Positions 39,657-53,900 of a DNA stretch of 64,000 nucleotides are shown one piece after another. The stretch is from contig NC_058369.1 in the NCBI RefSeq assembly GCF_018350175.1, positions 6,138,001-6,202,000 on the forward strand. The letters are read 5' to 3'. The translations under genes were made by a program, and so were the position numbers. The DNA is from Felis catus. Lineage: Eukaryota. Under the pieces are notes generated by a model. The model saw only the letters and a program-made list of their open reading frames with translations, did no database searches and was not told where the DNA came from. Position 1 is the stretch's first letter. The number at the start of each line of letters is the position of its first letter.

Positions 39657-40650
39657 GGGGCGCCTGGGGGCTCAGTCGGTTGAGTCTGACTTCAGCTCAG
39701 GTCATGATCTCACGGCTGATGAGTTCGAGCCCCGCGTCGGGCTCTGTACTGACAGCTCAGAGCCTGGAGCCTGTTTCATATTCTGTGTCTCCGTCTCTCT
39801 GAGCCCCTCCCCCACTCACACTCTGTCTCTCTCTCAAAAATAAAGATTAAAAAAAATTTTTTTTAAATACAGGGGCGCCTGGGTGGCTCAGTCAGTTGAG
39901 CGACTGACTCTTAATTTTGGCTCAGCTCATGATCTTGAGGTTCATTAGATTGAGAGTCATGTCAAGCTCTGTGCTAACAGTGTAGCCTGCTTGGAATTCT
40001 CTTTCTCCCCCTTTCTCTGCACCTTCCCAATTCATGTTCTCTCTCCTCTCTCTCTCAAAATAAATAAATATTTTATTTTATTATTTTCTAAGTTTATTTT
40101 TAAGAGAGAGAGAGGGGCAGAATGCAAGCAGGGGAGGGGGCAGAGAGAGAGGGAGACACAGAATCCGAATCAGGCTCCAGGCTCTGAGCTGTCAGCACAG
40201 AGCCCAACGCGGGGTTCAAACTCACACACTGAGATCATGACCCGAACTGAAGTCCACTGAGCCACCCAGGCTCCCCCTGACACATGCATTTAGAAGCAGT
40301 TGTTAGTACGCCACAGAGATGACTTCAGCAGGGGAAAAAATATTGGGACGATAATAAAACAAAGCAAGAGTGCAAGTGCTGAAGGCAGCTGGGGTGAGGG
40401 CTGCTTCAGCTTGGGAGGGGGAGGCGACTCTGTGGGTGGGACAGATGGACAGAGACAGGAAGGATGAAAAGGAATAGTTGTGGTGGGTGGGCGGCTTAGT
40501 CTGTTAAGCGTCCGATCTGGGTTCTAGCCTCACATCAGGCTCTCTGCCGTCAGTGCAGAGCCTGCTTTGGATTCTCTGTCTCCCGTTTTCTCTGCTCCTC
40601 CCCCACCCTCAAAAATAAATAAACAGTAAAAAAAAAAAAAAAAAAAAAGG
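39657..40650. mobile_element. Cluster of four CAN-SINEs
   Basis: Heads at 39657, 39872 and ~40480 (+) and ~40277 (-). Confidence 0.85.
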
Positions 40651-40861
40651 AACAGTTGTAAGAAAAACATTCCAGGCTCGGAGAAATGCAAGAGCCCTGG
40701 GGCAGGTGCAAGCCTGGCCTCCTCAGGGAAGGTCACCGTGGGGGACGTGCAGAGAAAGCTTCTTTGAAGTGCTTCTCAAATTCTCTCCAGTGAGGAACGA
40801 GTCGCCTCCCCCCCCATCCATAAAATGCAATGAAAATTAATTTCTAGAAGAATGACGTTGA

Positions 40862-41090
40862 GGGGCGCCTGGGTGGCGCAGTCGGTTAAGCGTCCGACTT
40901 CAGCTCAGGTCACGATCTCGCGGTCCGGGAGTTCGAGCCCCGCGTCGGGCTCTGGGCTGATGGCTCGGAGCCTGGAGCCTGTTTCCGATTCTGTGTCTCC
41001 CTCTCTCTCTGCCCCTTGCCCGTTCATGCTCTGTCTCTCTCTCTGTCCCAAAAATAAATAAACGTTGAAAAAAAAGTTAAAAAAAAAAAA
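40862..41090 (+). mobile_element. Young felid SINEC_Fc-type element with perfect 14-bp TSD
   Basis: CpG-intact ggggcgcctgggtggcgcagtcggttaagcgtccgac. TSD aagaatgacgttga 40848-40861 / 41089-41102. Confidence 0.92.
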
Positions 41091-41149
41091 GAATGACGTT
41101 GAAAAACACATGCATAGTGCCAGAAAGCAAGGAACGACCTGCAAGGATT

Positions 41150-43690
41150 GGGTATGTCAGAGGCCGTAGGAGCCCCACTGAAAGAAAGAGCCCCTAGTGG
41201 CCACAGCTGGAGCGGTCTGAGTAACGAAATTAATGTAACATTGGCTTATAACCCCAAGAATAAAGTAAATTATCCATGAGTTCGCACCGATGCAAAGAAA
41301 TGATCAAATACGTTAACGGTTGAGGGACAAGAGGCAAACTTGATGTGCAGAATTCCAAATCGTTCATGAACATGCTGCACCCCCCAAAAGAGGTCCAGCT
41401 GCACAGCGTGATGTCTTTCCAAGAAGGATGTTGTAGAAAGAGAGGAGAAAAGAGTAAGTTTTCAGTGGAGAAGCCTCGTGACAAACACCCACGTCACCTG
41501 CTGGCTGGGTGATCAAGGCCACCATCAACAGTCATAATTAGGCGGACAGTACGTCCTCTCGTGATAAAATGCAATGAAGATGGCACTTTGCCTCTGTGAT
41601 CTTCCCTCTCCAAACCCATAACCCTAGCCTAACCGTGAGGAAAAGATCGGAAAAATTCCAACAGAGAGGCACCCTTTGGGACCCCTGACCAATACCCCTG
41701 AAGATTGTCAAGGTCGTCAAAGACGAGGAGAGCTCAAGAGACCATCCCGGCCAGGAAGAGCCTAAGGAAGCGAGCCAACTCAGTCTCGTGTGGGATCCTG
41801 GACCCCCCAAAAAGGACATTCTGGTAAAGCTGGAGAAATCTGGATAAAGCATGTGCTTTAGTTGATACTAATGTATCAAAATTCGTTCACTAATTGTAAC
41901 AAATGTCGCATACTAGTCTAAGATGTTACTAAGAAGGGAAACCGTGTGCGCGCGCGCGTGCGCGCTCACGTGCGCTGGGAGAAGGGCGTCTATGGAAACT
42001 GTGCTATTTTCTTAATGTTGCTTCAACCTGTTCTAAAGCCTGATTTTAAAACATTTAAAAGACAGGCAAAGCATGAGCCCAATGGTCAAAATCATTCTAT
42101 CAAGTTACTATAAAGCTTCTCTACACTTACTGTTTTCTATACTTTCTCATCTGGACGGTGGTCAGCAGCTCGGGACCGGCCCTGGTCTGTGGCAGGTTTT
42201 GAGTGGTTCTAGACAAGGGTTCCTCACCTTCACCGCTGTTGACCTTTGGGGACAGATTATTCTTGGCGGGGGGGGGGGTGCCTGTGTATTGCAGGGTGTT
42301 CAGCAGCATCCCTGACCTCTACACAACTGGATGTCACTTGCAGCCCCCTCCGACCGTGACAAGCAACAATGTCTCCAGACATTACCCCAGCAGGTCAAAT
42401 CACTTTCCCATCGAAAACCACGCACGTGCACGCACGTACGCAGGCAACCAAGTCAAATCAGGAAACGTGGTCCAGGAAGCCCCGTGCGTGTTTGGGAGTT
42501 CCAGGTCTGCCATGAAGGGCCTGGTGTCTCCAAAACAACCCTGCTGATGCCGGCTGGTTTGTGGCAGCTTCGTTCGGAAGGCCCATCCTAGGGTGTGGCT
42601 CTGGGCCCGGAGAGCACGGAAAGATTCAGAATGTGTTTGGGAGAGAGAGGTGACGGGACTTGCCGATCGATGGGGGCAGGAAGCGAAGAGGGGAAGGGAG
42701 GGGCTTGGGGTAGATGCACAGATTGCTGCCGCCTTTCGCAACTGGGTAGCTGGCGGTGTCATGTGCTGAGATGGGAACGTGAGATGAGGGGCCAGGCTGG
42801 GCGAGGGAGGGGAGGGTGAGGAGTTTCGCCTTGGACAGGTGGAGTTTCGGGTCCCGGAGGGCCATGGGGGAGAGCGGAAGTTCACGGGCTGGTACACATC
42901 GTGATGAGGGAGGCCCCACGGGCCTAATCCCATGCACAGTGCTCCCCGAGGGGCGAGGCCAGAAGAGCAGAGCCCCCTTCTCCCTCCTCCCCTGCAACCA
43001 TCACGTTGGCTGCTTTTCTGACGTGGCCCCTCGGGGAACACTGTGCATTTGATTAGGCACATGGGGCATCACTCACTCATCATGATGTGTACAGGTTCAC
43101 GAACTTCTGCGCTCCTTCCCCGCCCCTCTCCTCTCACACAAAAACGCAGTGGGACTTGGGAGGCTCCGAGATGTCCCGCAGCGGGTACATAGAAACATAA
43201 ACTGCGCTCGAGTGGGACACTGGAATATCATTCAGCTCTTGAAAAGAATGCGCTTTCACACCACAAAAAGCCACGGGAGAGTCTTAAATGCTTGGTTCTA
43301 AGTGAAAGAAGCCGATCTGAGAAGGCTCCAGAGGGTCTGATCCCAACTCTAGGGCATTCTGGGAAAGGTGAAACCGTGGAGACAGGAAAAGGATCAGTGA
43401 TTGCCAAGGGGTTGGTGGGGGCGGGAGGGATGAAAAGCCGGAGCACAGAGGAGTTTCGGAGCAATGAAATACTCCCTAGGAGACTATAATTGTGATCACC
43501 TGTCATTACACATCTGTCAAAACCCACAGAACGTATGACACCAAGAGGGATCCCTGACATAAACTATGGATGCTGGGTGATGACGGTACCTCAGCACAGG
43601 TTCATGTCGATAGTGGGAGAGGCTGTGCTTTTGTGATGGCAGGGGCTCTCTGGGAACTCTATATTTTCTGCTCAATTTTGCCATAACTTC
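41150..43690 (+). mobile_element. Old L1M 3'-end fragments (~41150-42060, ~43190-43690) and a MER20 (~42210-42420)
   Basis: L1 3'UTR motifs taattgtaacaaatgt, ctaagtgaaagaagcc, ttctgggaaaggtgaaac, tgtcaaaacccacagaa. MER20 motif cagcagcatccctgacctctac. Confidence 0.65.
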
Positions 43691-43699
43691 AAGCTGTTT

Positions 43700-44241
43700 T
43701 TTGTTTGTTTGTTTGTTTGTTTTAATTTTTTTTCAACGTTTATTTATTTTTGGGACAGAGAGAGACAGAGCATTAACAGGGGAGGGGCAGAGAGAGAGGG
43801 AGACACAGAATCGGAAACAGGCTCCAGGCTCCGAGCCATCAGCCCAGAGCCTGACACGGAGCTCGAACTCACGGACCGCGAGATCGTGACCTGGCTGAAG
43901 TCGGACGCTTAACCGACTGCGCCACCCAGGCGCCCCCAAGCTGTTTTTTTTTTAACATGATTTTAATTTTTATTTCTTTATTTATTCATTTATTCATTTA
44001 TGTTTATTTCTTTAGTTAGGGAGACACAGAGACAGCACGAGTGGGGGAGGGGCAGAGAGCGAGGGAGAGAGAGAGAGTCCTGAGCAGGCTCCACACTGTC
44101 AGTGCAAGGAGCCTGATGCAGGGCTCAACCTCACACACCATGAGATCGTGACCTGAGCCAAAATCAAGAGTCGATCGCTTAATCGACGGAGCCACCCAGG
44201 TGCCCCCCTCCCCCCGAAACTGTTTTTTAAAATCGTCTATA

Positions 44242-44274
<33 letters not shown>
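43700..44274 (-). mobile_element. Two CAN-SINEs followed by a (CA)n microsatellite (~44244-44274)
   Basis: caagctgtttttt duplication flanks the first element. Confidence 0.88.
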
Positions 44275-44276
<2 letters not shown>

Positions 44277-46079
44277 CTGTATTGATGTAGGTCAAGGGAG
44301 ACAGATTATCTCTAGAACGCCTTCTTTGTTTTGCACATCGTTGGTGGGAAGAAATTTTCTGTCCGCTTCGTGTCTGTTTTTTCTCCCTCTGGTAGGAGAC
44401 GGTCTTTGGGCAGAGTGAGGCCATCACTTTGCACGTATAGAGCATGAAGACCTACGTGATTGCAGGGGATGGAGGGTAGAGGGAGAAGTGGAGACAGAAG
44501 GGGGGCTCTGGCTGCTTCTCTGACATTGGTGAAGCCTGTGAGGACTCAACCCGGATGAAGCTTGCGTAGCACCCCCTAACTCGTTGCTGCGCCCCACCGG
44601 CCCTTGCCAACCCTGAGGGCACAGCAAAGGACACACTGGGAAAAAAACAAGTCACGTATAAACTTTGGGTCCCATGATGCCGCCGTCTGCCAAGACCCTT
44701 TGGCTTGGGAACTCTCAAGAGTCATCGTGGCCAGGACCTGGGATGTCCGCGTGGAAGGCAGAAATTGAACCCCCGTGGAAAACAAGACCCCCCGTGGAAA
44801 ACGAGACAGAATCTGGGAGAGGAAACACAGAGGGTGGGGGTTTCTGGAAGGTGGGAGTGCTCCCCGGTGTTTGGGGCCTGCTGGAGGGTTCACAGTAGAT
44901 ACAGGAACAGAGAGTCCGGCAACGACCTTGAGGAAGGCAGAGTCAAGCGTATGTGTGTGGGAGGTACAAGGGAGGGAGTCAAAGAAGACGAGAGGCAGTG
45001 GAAACTTTGTCTAAAATCTTCCCTCTGCAACCCCTCTGCGTCTCCAACCACCCTCCAACTGCTCCCCAAAGCTATTCTTCCCCACGACCCCATCCTTCCA
45101 CCTCCGGGAGGCCTCCCTTTGCGTGCCTTTGCCACAGCCTAGCTTTCTCTGCAAGTCAATCCCTGCTGTGGAATTGCAGGGTATTGGAGAGGAAAGGAAC
45201 CGTAACCTTCGGCTAGTCCAAACCTTCCCCCCCAAGCTAAAACAAGCTCCCTCTACAGCATCTCTGTCCCCTCTTGTGCAGCCTATCTTTGATTCTTTCT
45301 GTGGGAAGGGGGCTCACTACTGAGAAAAACAGCTCCTTCCAGCACTAGAGGCTCCAGATCTATTCTTCCGGGAGAATCATGCACACAGTAGGTCCTCAGT
45401 TCCTGTTTGTGGAGTTTGTGTCACTGTCCCCCCGACTCATTTCTTAACCTCCCTAGCAAATTACATATCCCAGACACGAAGCTAATTGCCAATGTGCGGG
45501 GTAACTTGCAGATGATAGGTTTCCATTTCAAATACATGGATCAATACAGCCACCTACTATGTGCCAGGAGCTGGGGATTCATCCTGGATGAAGACAGACG
45601 CCGTCTCTGTCCTCATGGAGCTTATGTTCCTGTGGGAACACAAGACACAGAACAGCCAAAGACACAATTATTTAATTACAGTTGTGGTGAGCGCTCTGGG
45701 AGAGAGAGATGTAGCCTGGATTATAGACAGGGAGACCATACGACAAGGTGGTCTTAATGAATGTCCAACACTCTTGTTGAACGTGCGGGCATGAAACTCG
45801 CCTCACGAAGTTGCCAAGCAAGTCATAAGAACAGATCTGTTCCTTAGGGGCAGAAACCTTCTGCAAGGAGGTTTCTCTATGGCAGACTGTTGAAGTTATG
45901 GCTCCCAATTTGTTCACATCTGCTTGTCTCCACCCATTCAGGGGATCCCCATCCACACTGAGTCAGGGCTTAGCCCTGGGACTTATTTTGGCCAATGGGA
46001 CGATAGGATAGGTGACAGAAGCAGAGGCTTGAAAAGTACTTACATCGTGGAAAAGAAGACAGGAGATTGCTATAGGTCC

Positions 46080-46697
46080 TCGGACATTTACAAGGATAGT
46101 GAGGGAAGTTTATGAACAATTTTATGTCAACAAATCAGAGAACTTACATGGCATAGACAAATTCCTGGAAATGTAGATGCTTACTTAGGAAGAAATGGAT
46201 GACCTAAATAGTCCTCTGTTTAAAAATGGAATTCGGAGGGCACCTGGGCGGCTCACTTGGTTAAGTGTCCAACTCTTGGTTCCCGCTCAGCTCGTGATCT
46301 CATGGTTCTTGAGTTCCAGCCCTGCTTGGGGGCTCTGCGCTGACAGTGCAGAGCTTGGGATTCTCTATCTCCCTCTCTCTCTGCCCCTTCCCCATAAAAA
46401 TAAATACATAAAAATTAAAAAATAATAAAGATGGGGGCGCCTGGGTGGCTCAGTTGGTTGAGCATCTGACTTTGGCTCAGGTCATGATCTTACAGTTTGT
46501 GGGTTCGAGCCCCGAGTCGGGCTCTGTGCTGACAGCTCGGAGACTGGAGCCTGCTTCGGATTCTGTGTCTCTCTCTCTCTCTGCTCCTCCCCTGCTCATG
46601 TTCTGTCTCTCTCTGTCTCTCAAAAATAAATAAAAATGTCAAAAAAATTTTTTTTAATAAAAAAATAATAAAGATGGTCAGAAGAGTGATTTTTAAG

Positions 46698-46740
<43 letters not shown>

Positions 46741-46932
46741 AATTTATGATTAAAAACCTTCCTACAAAGAAGGGGTGCCTGGGTGGCTCAGTCAGTTAAG
46801 CATTTGGCTCTTGATTTCGGCTCAGGTCACGATTTCATGGTTTGTGAGATCAAGCCCTACATCGGGCTCCTCACTGAGAGTGCAGAGCCTGGTTGGAATT
46901 CTCTCCCTCTCTCTGCCCCTCCCCTGCTCACG

Positions 46933-46976
<44 letters not shown>

Positions 46977-48269
46977 ATAAACTTAAAAAAAAAACACAGC
47001 CTTCCCACAAAGAAAACTCCATGCCCAGATGTCTTCATTGGTGAATCCTACAAAAATATAAAAAAGACATAATACTGATTCTACACAAATTCTTCCAGAA
47101 AATAGGAAGGTGCATTTCCCAATTCATTCTAGAAGGGTAGTAGTATCTTGGCACCATAACCAGATAAGGATATTACCAGAAAAGAAAGCAACAAAATGGG
47201 GTGCCTAGTGGCTCAGTCAGTTAAGTATCTGACTCCTGACCTCAACTCAGGTCTTGATCTCAGCGTAGTGAGCCCAAGCCCTTCACTGGGCTCCACATTG
47301 GGTGGGGAGCCTACTTAGAAAAAAGAAAGAAAGAAAGAAAATAAAAGAAAACCACAGACCAATATCTTTCATGACTATTGACACAAACAATCCTTAACAA
47401 AATATTAGCAAATAGAGTCCAGCAACTTATAAAAAGGAAAACACATCATGGTCACATGATGGCTTATTTAAGGCATGGAAGGTTGATTCAGCATTTGAAA
47501 ATCAAATCAATCTAATTTGCCATACCAAGAGATCAGAAAAGAAAAAATCAGATGAGAATCATCATCTTAACAGATGTAGAAAACTTATTTGACAAAAATC
47601 AAAACGGATTCCTGCTATTGAAAATGCCTCTCAGCAAACCAGGAATAAAAGGAGATTTCCTCTATGGGCTAAAAAGCACCTATGAAAACTTGTAGCCAAA
47701 ACAATATATTTAATAGTGAATGCTGGGGTATTTTGCCACAAGACTGGAAACAAGGCAAAGGTGTCATCTCTTATGGCTTCTATTCAACATTGTGTTGGAG
47801 GTCATAGCCAGTGTAATAAGACAAGAAAAGAAATAAGAAAGCACAGATTGGGAAGAAAAGTTAAATGTGATAATCTACATAAACAGAAAGAAAGAAAACA
47901 AGTAAAATACAATAATCTACATAGAAAATCATAAAGAATGGACAAAATCATAAAGAATAGACCTACCGTGAGTTTAGCAAAGTTATAGGATACAAGGTCA
48001 ATATATAAAAATGAATTCCATCTCTACAAACTAAAATAGATAATACAATGAAAATTTGAAAAATCAGTACTATTTTCAATAGCATCAAAAACATGAAATA
48101 CTTAGTGGCATCTGGGTAGCTCAGTCAGTGAAGCATCTGACTTCAGCTTAGGTCATGATCTCACAGTTTGTGAGTTTGAGTCCCCCATTGGGCTCTGTGC
48201 TTACAGCTTGGAGCCTGCTTCAGATTCTGTGTCTCCCTCTCTCTCTCTGCCCCTCCCCTGCTTATGCTT

Positions 48270-48304
<35 letters not shown>

Positions 48305-49460
48305 AATAAACATTAAAAAAATTTAAATATGAAATACTTAGGGATAAATTTAACATAGACCTTTATGTTGAAAACTAGAAAGCATTATTCAGAGAAATCA
48401 AAGAAAGCAAAAATAAACATAGAAATACACTACATTCATGGATTAGAAAATTCAGTGTTGGTAATATGTTATTTCTTCCTAAAATAATCCATAGTTTCAA
48501 TGCAATCCCAATCAAAATTTCAGTAAGGTTTTGTCTTTGTTTTTGTTTTTTGTAGAGGTCACTGAGCTCATTCTAAAATTACAGAATTGTGAAAGACCTA
48601 GAACAGCCTAAGCAATTTGAAAAAGAATGAGGGGGCGCCTAGGTTAAGCATCAGACTGTTGACTTCAGCTCAGGTCATGATCTCATGTTTGTGGGTTCAA
48701 GCCCCACTAGGGCTCTGCATTGACAGTCANNNNNNNNNNNNNNNNNNNNNNNNNNNNNNNNNNNNNNNNNNNNNNNNNNNNNNNNNNNNNNNNNNNNNNN
48801 NNNNNNNNNNNNNNNNNNNNNNNNNNNNNNNNNNNNNNNNNNNNNNNNNNNNNNNNNNNNNNNNNNNNNNNNNNNNNNNNNNTTAAGTTACCTGGTATCA
48901 AGATATAAAGTTACAGGTATAAGGTAAACATATATATCAATGGAATAAAGAGCCCATAAAATATAGACACACACATATATAATCAATTGATTTTGATAAA
49001 GCTGTCAAGGTAACTCAATGAGAAAAGGATAGTCTTTTTGACAAACGGTATGGAAACAATGATGCATCTATATGCAAATATATATAAATAAATAAACCTA
49101 GATCCTTACCTCACACCATATATAAAAAGTAACTCAAAATAAGGGCGCCTGGGAGTCTCAGTTAAGCATCTGACTTTGGCTCAGGTCATGATCTCGTGGT
49201 CCATGAGTTCGAGCCCCTCGTCAGACTCTGTGCTGACAGCTCAGAGCCTGGAGCCTGCTTCAGATTCTGTGTCTCCCTCTCTCTCTCTCTGCCCCTCACC
49301 TGCTCATGCTCTTTCTCTCTCTTAAAAATAAACATTAAAAATTAAAAATAATTTATTATTAAATATTACTAAAATATTTATTAAAATAATAAATGAAAAT
49401 GAAAATATTTGCAATGTAACTGACAATGGGTGTAACATCTTTAGTATATAGGAAATATCT
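46080..49460 (+). mobile_element. Decayed L1 ORF2 region interrupted by about seven CAN-SINEs, (TAAA)n and an N gap
   Basis: A-rich L1 motifs gacaaattcctggaa, ccttaacaaaatattagcaaat, ggatacaaggtcaatata, caatgcaatcccaatcaaaat, ccttacctcacaccatat. No intact ORF. Confidence 0.85.
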
Positions 49461-49464
49461 AAAA

Positions 49465-50190
49465 CAGGGGTGGTAAAGTATGACTCAATGCTTTTTTTTG
49501 CATGGCTTGCAAGCTAAGAATGGTTTTGACATTTTAAAATCATTTTTATTTTTTTGATTATTTTTTATGTTTATTTTTGAGAGAGGGAGGGAGTGCGCAT
49601 GCGAGCAGCGGAGTGGCAGAGAGAGAGGGGGACAGAGGATCTGAAGCAGGCTCCGTGTTGACAGCAGAGAGCCCCACGTGGGGCTGGAACTCATGAACCA
49701 CGAGATCATGACCTGGGCTGAAGTCGGATGCCTCACCGACTGAGCCACCCAGGCGCCCCCCGACATTTTAACATAATTTTTAAAATCCAGGGTGCCTGGG
49801 TGGCTCAGTCCATTAAGCGACCGACTCTTGATTTTGACTCAGGTCGTGATCTCACGGGTTGTGAGACCGAGCCCCACACTGGGCTCTGTGCTGACAGTGT
49901 GGAGCCTGCTTGGGATTCTCTCTCCTCTCCTTCTGCCCCCCCCCCCCATTCACACTGTCTCTCTCTCTCTCTCTCTCTCAAAATCAGTAAACTTTTAATT
50001 GATTTTTAACAATCAAAAGAAGAATATTTGACAATTCCTGAAAATTATATGCAATTCAAAACTCCATGTGTCCATAAATAAAGTTCTACTGGAGCACAGC
50101 CATGCCCACTGACTTCCATGTTGTCTGACTGCTTTTGAGTTACGAGAGCAGAACGGAGCAACGAAGACTGGCCCCAACAAAGACTATAGA
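49465..50190 (+). mobile_element. MER58B-like hAT-Charlie fossil interrupted by two SINEs
   Basis: gctaagaatggtttt, gtgtccataaataaagtt...ggagcacagcca. Confidence 0.65.
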
Positions 50191-52115
50191 AAAGTTAAGG
50201 GGTGCCTGGCTGACTCAGTCGGGAACGGGGGAGGGGAGGGAGCGTGCGACTCTTAATCTCAGGGATGTGAGTTCGAGCCGGATGTTGAGTGTAGAGACTA
50301 CTTAAATCTCAAAACAAAACAAAGTGCAAGCAGCAGAGGGCAGACAGAGGGAGACACAGAATATGAAGCGGGCTCCAGGCTCTGAGCTGTCAGCCCAGAG
50401 CCCGACATGGGGCTCGAACTCACAAACCATGAGATCATGACCTGAGCTCAAGTCGGACACTTAACCCACCGAGCCACTCAGGTGCCCCTGGGCTTCTTAG
50501 TTAAAAAGTCAGACCATTGGAACACCTGGGTGGCTCAGTCGGTTGAGCGTCTGACTTCTGATTTTGGCTCATCTCGAGGTTCGTGGGTTTGAGCCCCACG
50601 TCAGGCTCCACCCTGACAGCACAGAACCTGCTTGGGATTCTGTCTGTCTGTCTGTCTCTGCTCCTCCCCCACCTCCGCTCTCTCTCTCTCTCTCTCAAGA
50701 ATAAATAAATAATTTTTTTAAAAAATCAGACCATCCACCAAGTCACTCCATCATCCTGTGCCTCAGTTTACTAAAAAAGCAAAGAGCAAAGTAGGATTGT
50801 TGTACACAATAAATTAAAAAATACGTGTGAAACACTTAGAATGGAACCTGGCACAATAATACCACTACATGAATGTGAGCTAGTCTCTTTTCAATTGCAT
50901 CTATAGATATTCTAAAATTGCAATCCTGCCTGGAGTTTTCAAGTGTTCTAGGAGGCAAGACTTTGCACCCATTCCCAGGGATGTATATTACTTTCTCCAG
51001 GGCAACTTGTCAAAATGCATCAAGAAGTATAACAAAACCAATATTTTGGATCAAGTATTTCCACATCTGAGATGTTTTTCTAAGAACACAAGCAGAGAAA
51101 CAAGAAATATGTGCTCGTTCATTCATTTCTTCACTGATGAATTGGGAGAGACATAAAGAGTTCATCACGGAGGCACAGAGATGAACAAACATGAATATTC
51201 ATCCCAATTTCCTGTAAAAGTGTGAAAAGTTGCAACCAACCTAAACGCCCAGCAGGAAAGACCAGGTTAAATAACTATGCAGCCATGGAAGGGGACAGGG
51301 GAGAGGGGGAGGGGTCCTGCTTTAAAAGAATATTTAACAAGATATTTTCTGGGGCTTTAAAAAGTAACAAAACAACACAATCTCACTGTAAAAGGCTCAA
51401 ATAACAGAAAAGAAATCTGCCCCCCCCCCTTAAACTCTCACCCCGCCTCTTCTTCCTAAGAAGGAGCCACTGTCAACTGTTTGGAAGAGATTTTCAGGGT
51501 GTTTAATGCGTGGACATACTTGTATACATTCGTGTTCTCCAACATCAATGCAATCATACTATAGTGAATGTTACGTGGCTTTTTCTTTTCCCATTGAGCA
51601 GGTACACAGGGATTTTTCCATGTCGGTGAATATAGGTCTGTCTCATTCTTTTTAATGGCTGCAGAACGTTCCCATAGCATGCCGTGCCCTAATTTGCCTA
51701 ACTATGCCCCTATTGTCAGTCTTGGAGACGGTCTGCCACGTTTCACTTTTACAGGCAATGGCATCATTGCAAGCTGGGCTGTGATGAGCACACATATCAT
51801 TAGGCACATATGTTTATGGGCTCCCTTGTTGGGTGGAGAGTGGCCAGGTCAAAGGTTATGTGCTTTCATATTTTGATGAACACATAGTACCTTTATTTTT
51901 ATGCTTCATTTGTTTTTTAAATTTATTTTAAACACACCAGCAGTCATTTTATGATGAGAAAAAGCGCCCCCTCCCCGGGAAACGTTTACCACGAAGGCCA
52001 AAAAAGCAAGGAGTTAGCCAACTGTTGCACCTCCAACCTCCCCCAGCCGGCAGAAGAAAGCCCCGCCCCTGAAGTCTTCACTCCAGGGGCGCGACACCCA
52101 AATATCACAGCAAGA

Positions 52116-52132
52116 TTGCCCCCTGGTGGCAG
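52116..52132 (-). promoter_or_regulatory. Strong CTCF motif (TGCCACCAGGGGGCAA)
   Basis: Near-consensus CCACCAGGGGGCA in a non-repeat patch with a nearby GC box. Confidence 0.6.
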
Positions 52133-52469
52133 AGAAATAAGAAGCTGATCCAGGACAGTTCAGAGTGCGTGTGTATGTGTCCCCTCTTGTGCGGAGCTGT
52201 ATTTCATCTTATTCTAATCATAAAGCAACCCTCTGAGTCAGGGACTAAAACTAGGTAAAAGACACAGGTGAGAAATCTGAGTTACCTGGCTGGCAAGGGG
52301 CAGACGCTTCCTCAACTCTGAGAAAATCCAGGTCCCTGTTTCCACTCCCTTGAGTCTGTGGATCTAATTCACACACCGTGCAATTCCCCCCGGTGAAGTG
52401 AACAATTCAGTGGACTTTAGTGTATTCATAGAGGTCTGCAACCATCACCACTATCAGCGCGAAAGCATT

Positions 52470-53900
52470 TCCAACACAGGACGTGGAGAAGAGGGAATCC
52501 TCGTGCACTTTGGTGGAAACACACAGTGATGCAGCCACTATGGAAAACAGTATGGAGTTGCCTCAAACAATTAAAAATAAAACTACCCTATGACCCAGGA
52601 ACTCCATTTCTAGGGACCTACCCAAAGAACATGAAATCATGATATCTCAAAGAGATATCTGCACCCCCCCCCCCGCCATGTTCACTGAAGCATNNNNNNN
52701 NNNNNNNNNNNNNNNNNNNNNNNNNNNNNNNNNNNNNNNNNNNNNNNNNNNNNNNNNNNNNNNNNNNNNNNNNNNNNNNNNNNNNNNNNNNNNNNNNNNN
52801 NNNNNNNNNNNNNNNNNNNNNNNNNNNNNNNNNNNNNNNNNNNNNNNNNNNNNNNNNNTCGGAAGCAGGCTGCAGGCTCCAAGCTGTCAGCTCAGACGCG
52901 GGGCTCAAGCTCAAACTCACAAACTGCGAGATCATGACCTGAACAGAAGTGGGATGCTTAACCCACTGAGCCACCTTATTTGTCCTTTAAGAAGAAAGAA
53001 ATCCTGTCATTTGTAACAACATGAATGAAATGGCAGGGCATTATTCTAAGCAAAATAAGCCAGAGAAAGACAAATACTGCAAGGCATCACTTACATGTGG
53101 AATCTGGGGTGGGGGAGGGGGAAGTTGACTTCATAGAAACAGAGAAGAGAAAAGTGGTTGCCAGGGGCTGGGAGATGGGGGAAATAGGGAAACGTTGGTA
53201 AAAGGGCACAAGTTTTCAGTTCTAAGATGAATAAAGTCTGAGGAGCTGATATATAATACGGAGACTATAGTTAATAACACTGTATTTTACAACCGAAATT
53301 TGCCAAGAGTAGAACTTAAATGTATTCACCAGAGAGGGGGATGGTAAATATGTGAGGTGATGGATATGTTCATTAAGTCAGTGGGGGATCCATTCACAAT
53401 GTATGGGTATATCGAATTATCACATTATACATTCTTTCTTTTTTTTAACGTTTATTTATTTTTGAGAGAGAGAGTGTGTGTGTGTGCACGCGCAGGTGCG
53501 CATGGGTGCGAGTCGGGGAGGGGCAGAGAGAGAAGCGAGGACAGAGGATCTGAAGTGGGCTCTGTGCTGACAGCATTGAGCCCATTGCGGGGCTCGAACT
53601 TGCTAAATGTGGATCATGATCTGAGCCCAAGTCGGATGCTCAACTGACTGAGCCACCCAGGTGCCCCTACATTCTTTCATTTAGCATAAAGTTTCCAGGT
53701 TTCATCCACATTGTATCATGTGTCTGTACTTCACTTCTTTTTTGTGGCCAAATAATATTCCATTGTGTGGGTATAACAGGTTGTTCATTTGTTCATCAGT
53801 GGGTGGGTATCTGGCTATTATGAATAATGCTCATATGAACCTCTGTGGACAAGATTTTGGTGGACATCTGTTTTTATTTTGGGGGAGGGAGAGATCCTAG
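52470..53900. mobile_element. L1MA-type 3' end (+) with SINE insertions, a gap and an antisense L1 fragment
   Basis: gcagccactatggaaaacagtatggag, ctaagcaaaataagccagaga, gttttcagttctaagatgaataa. Confidence 0.75.
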
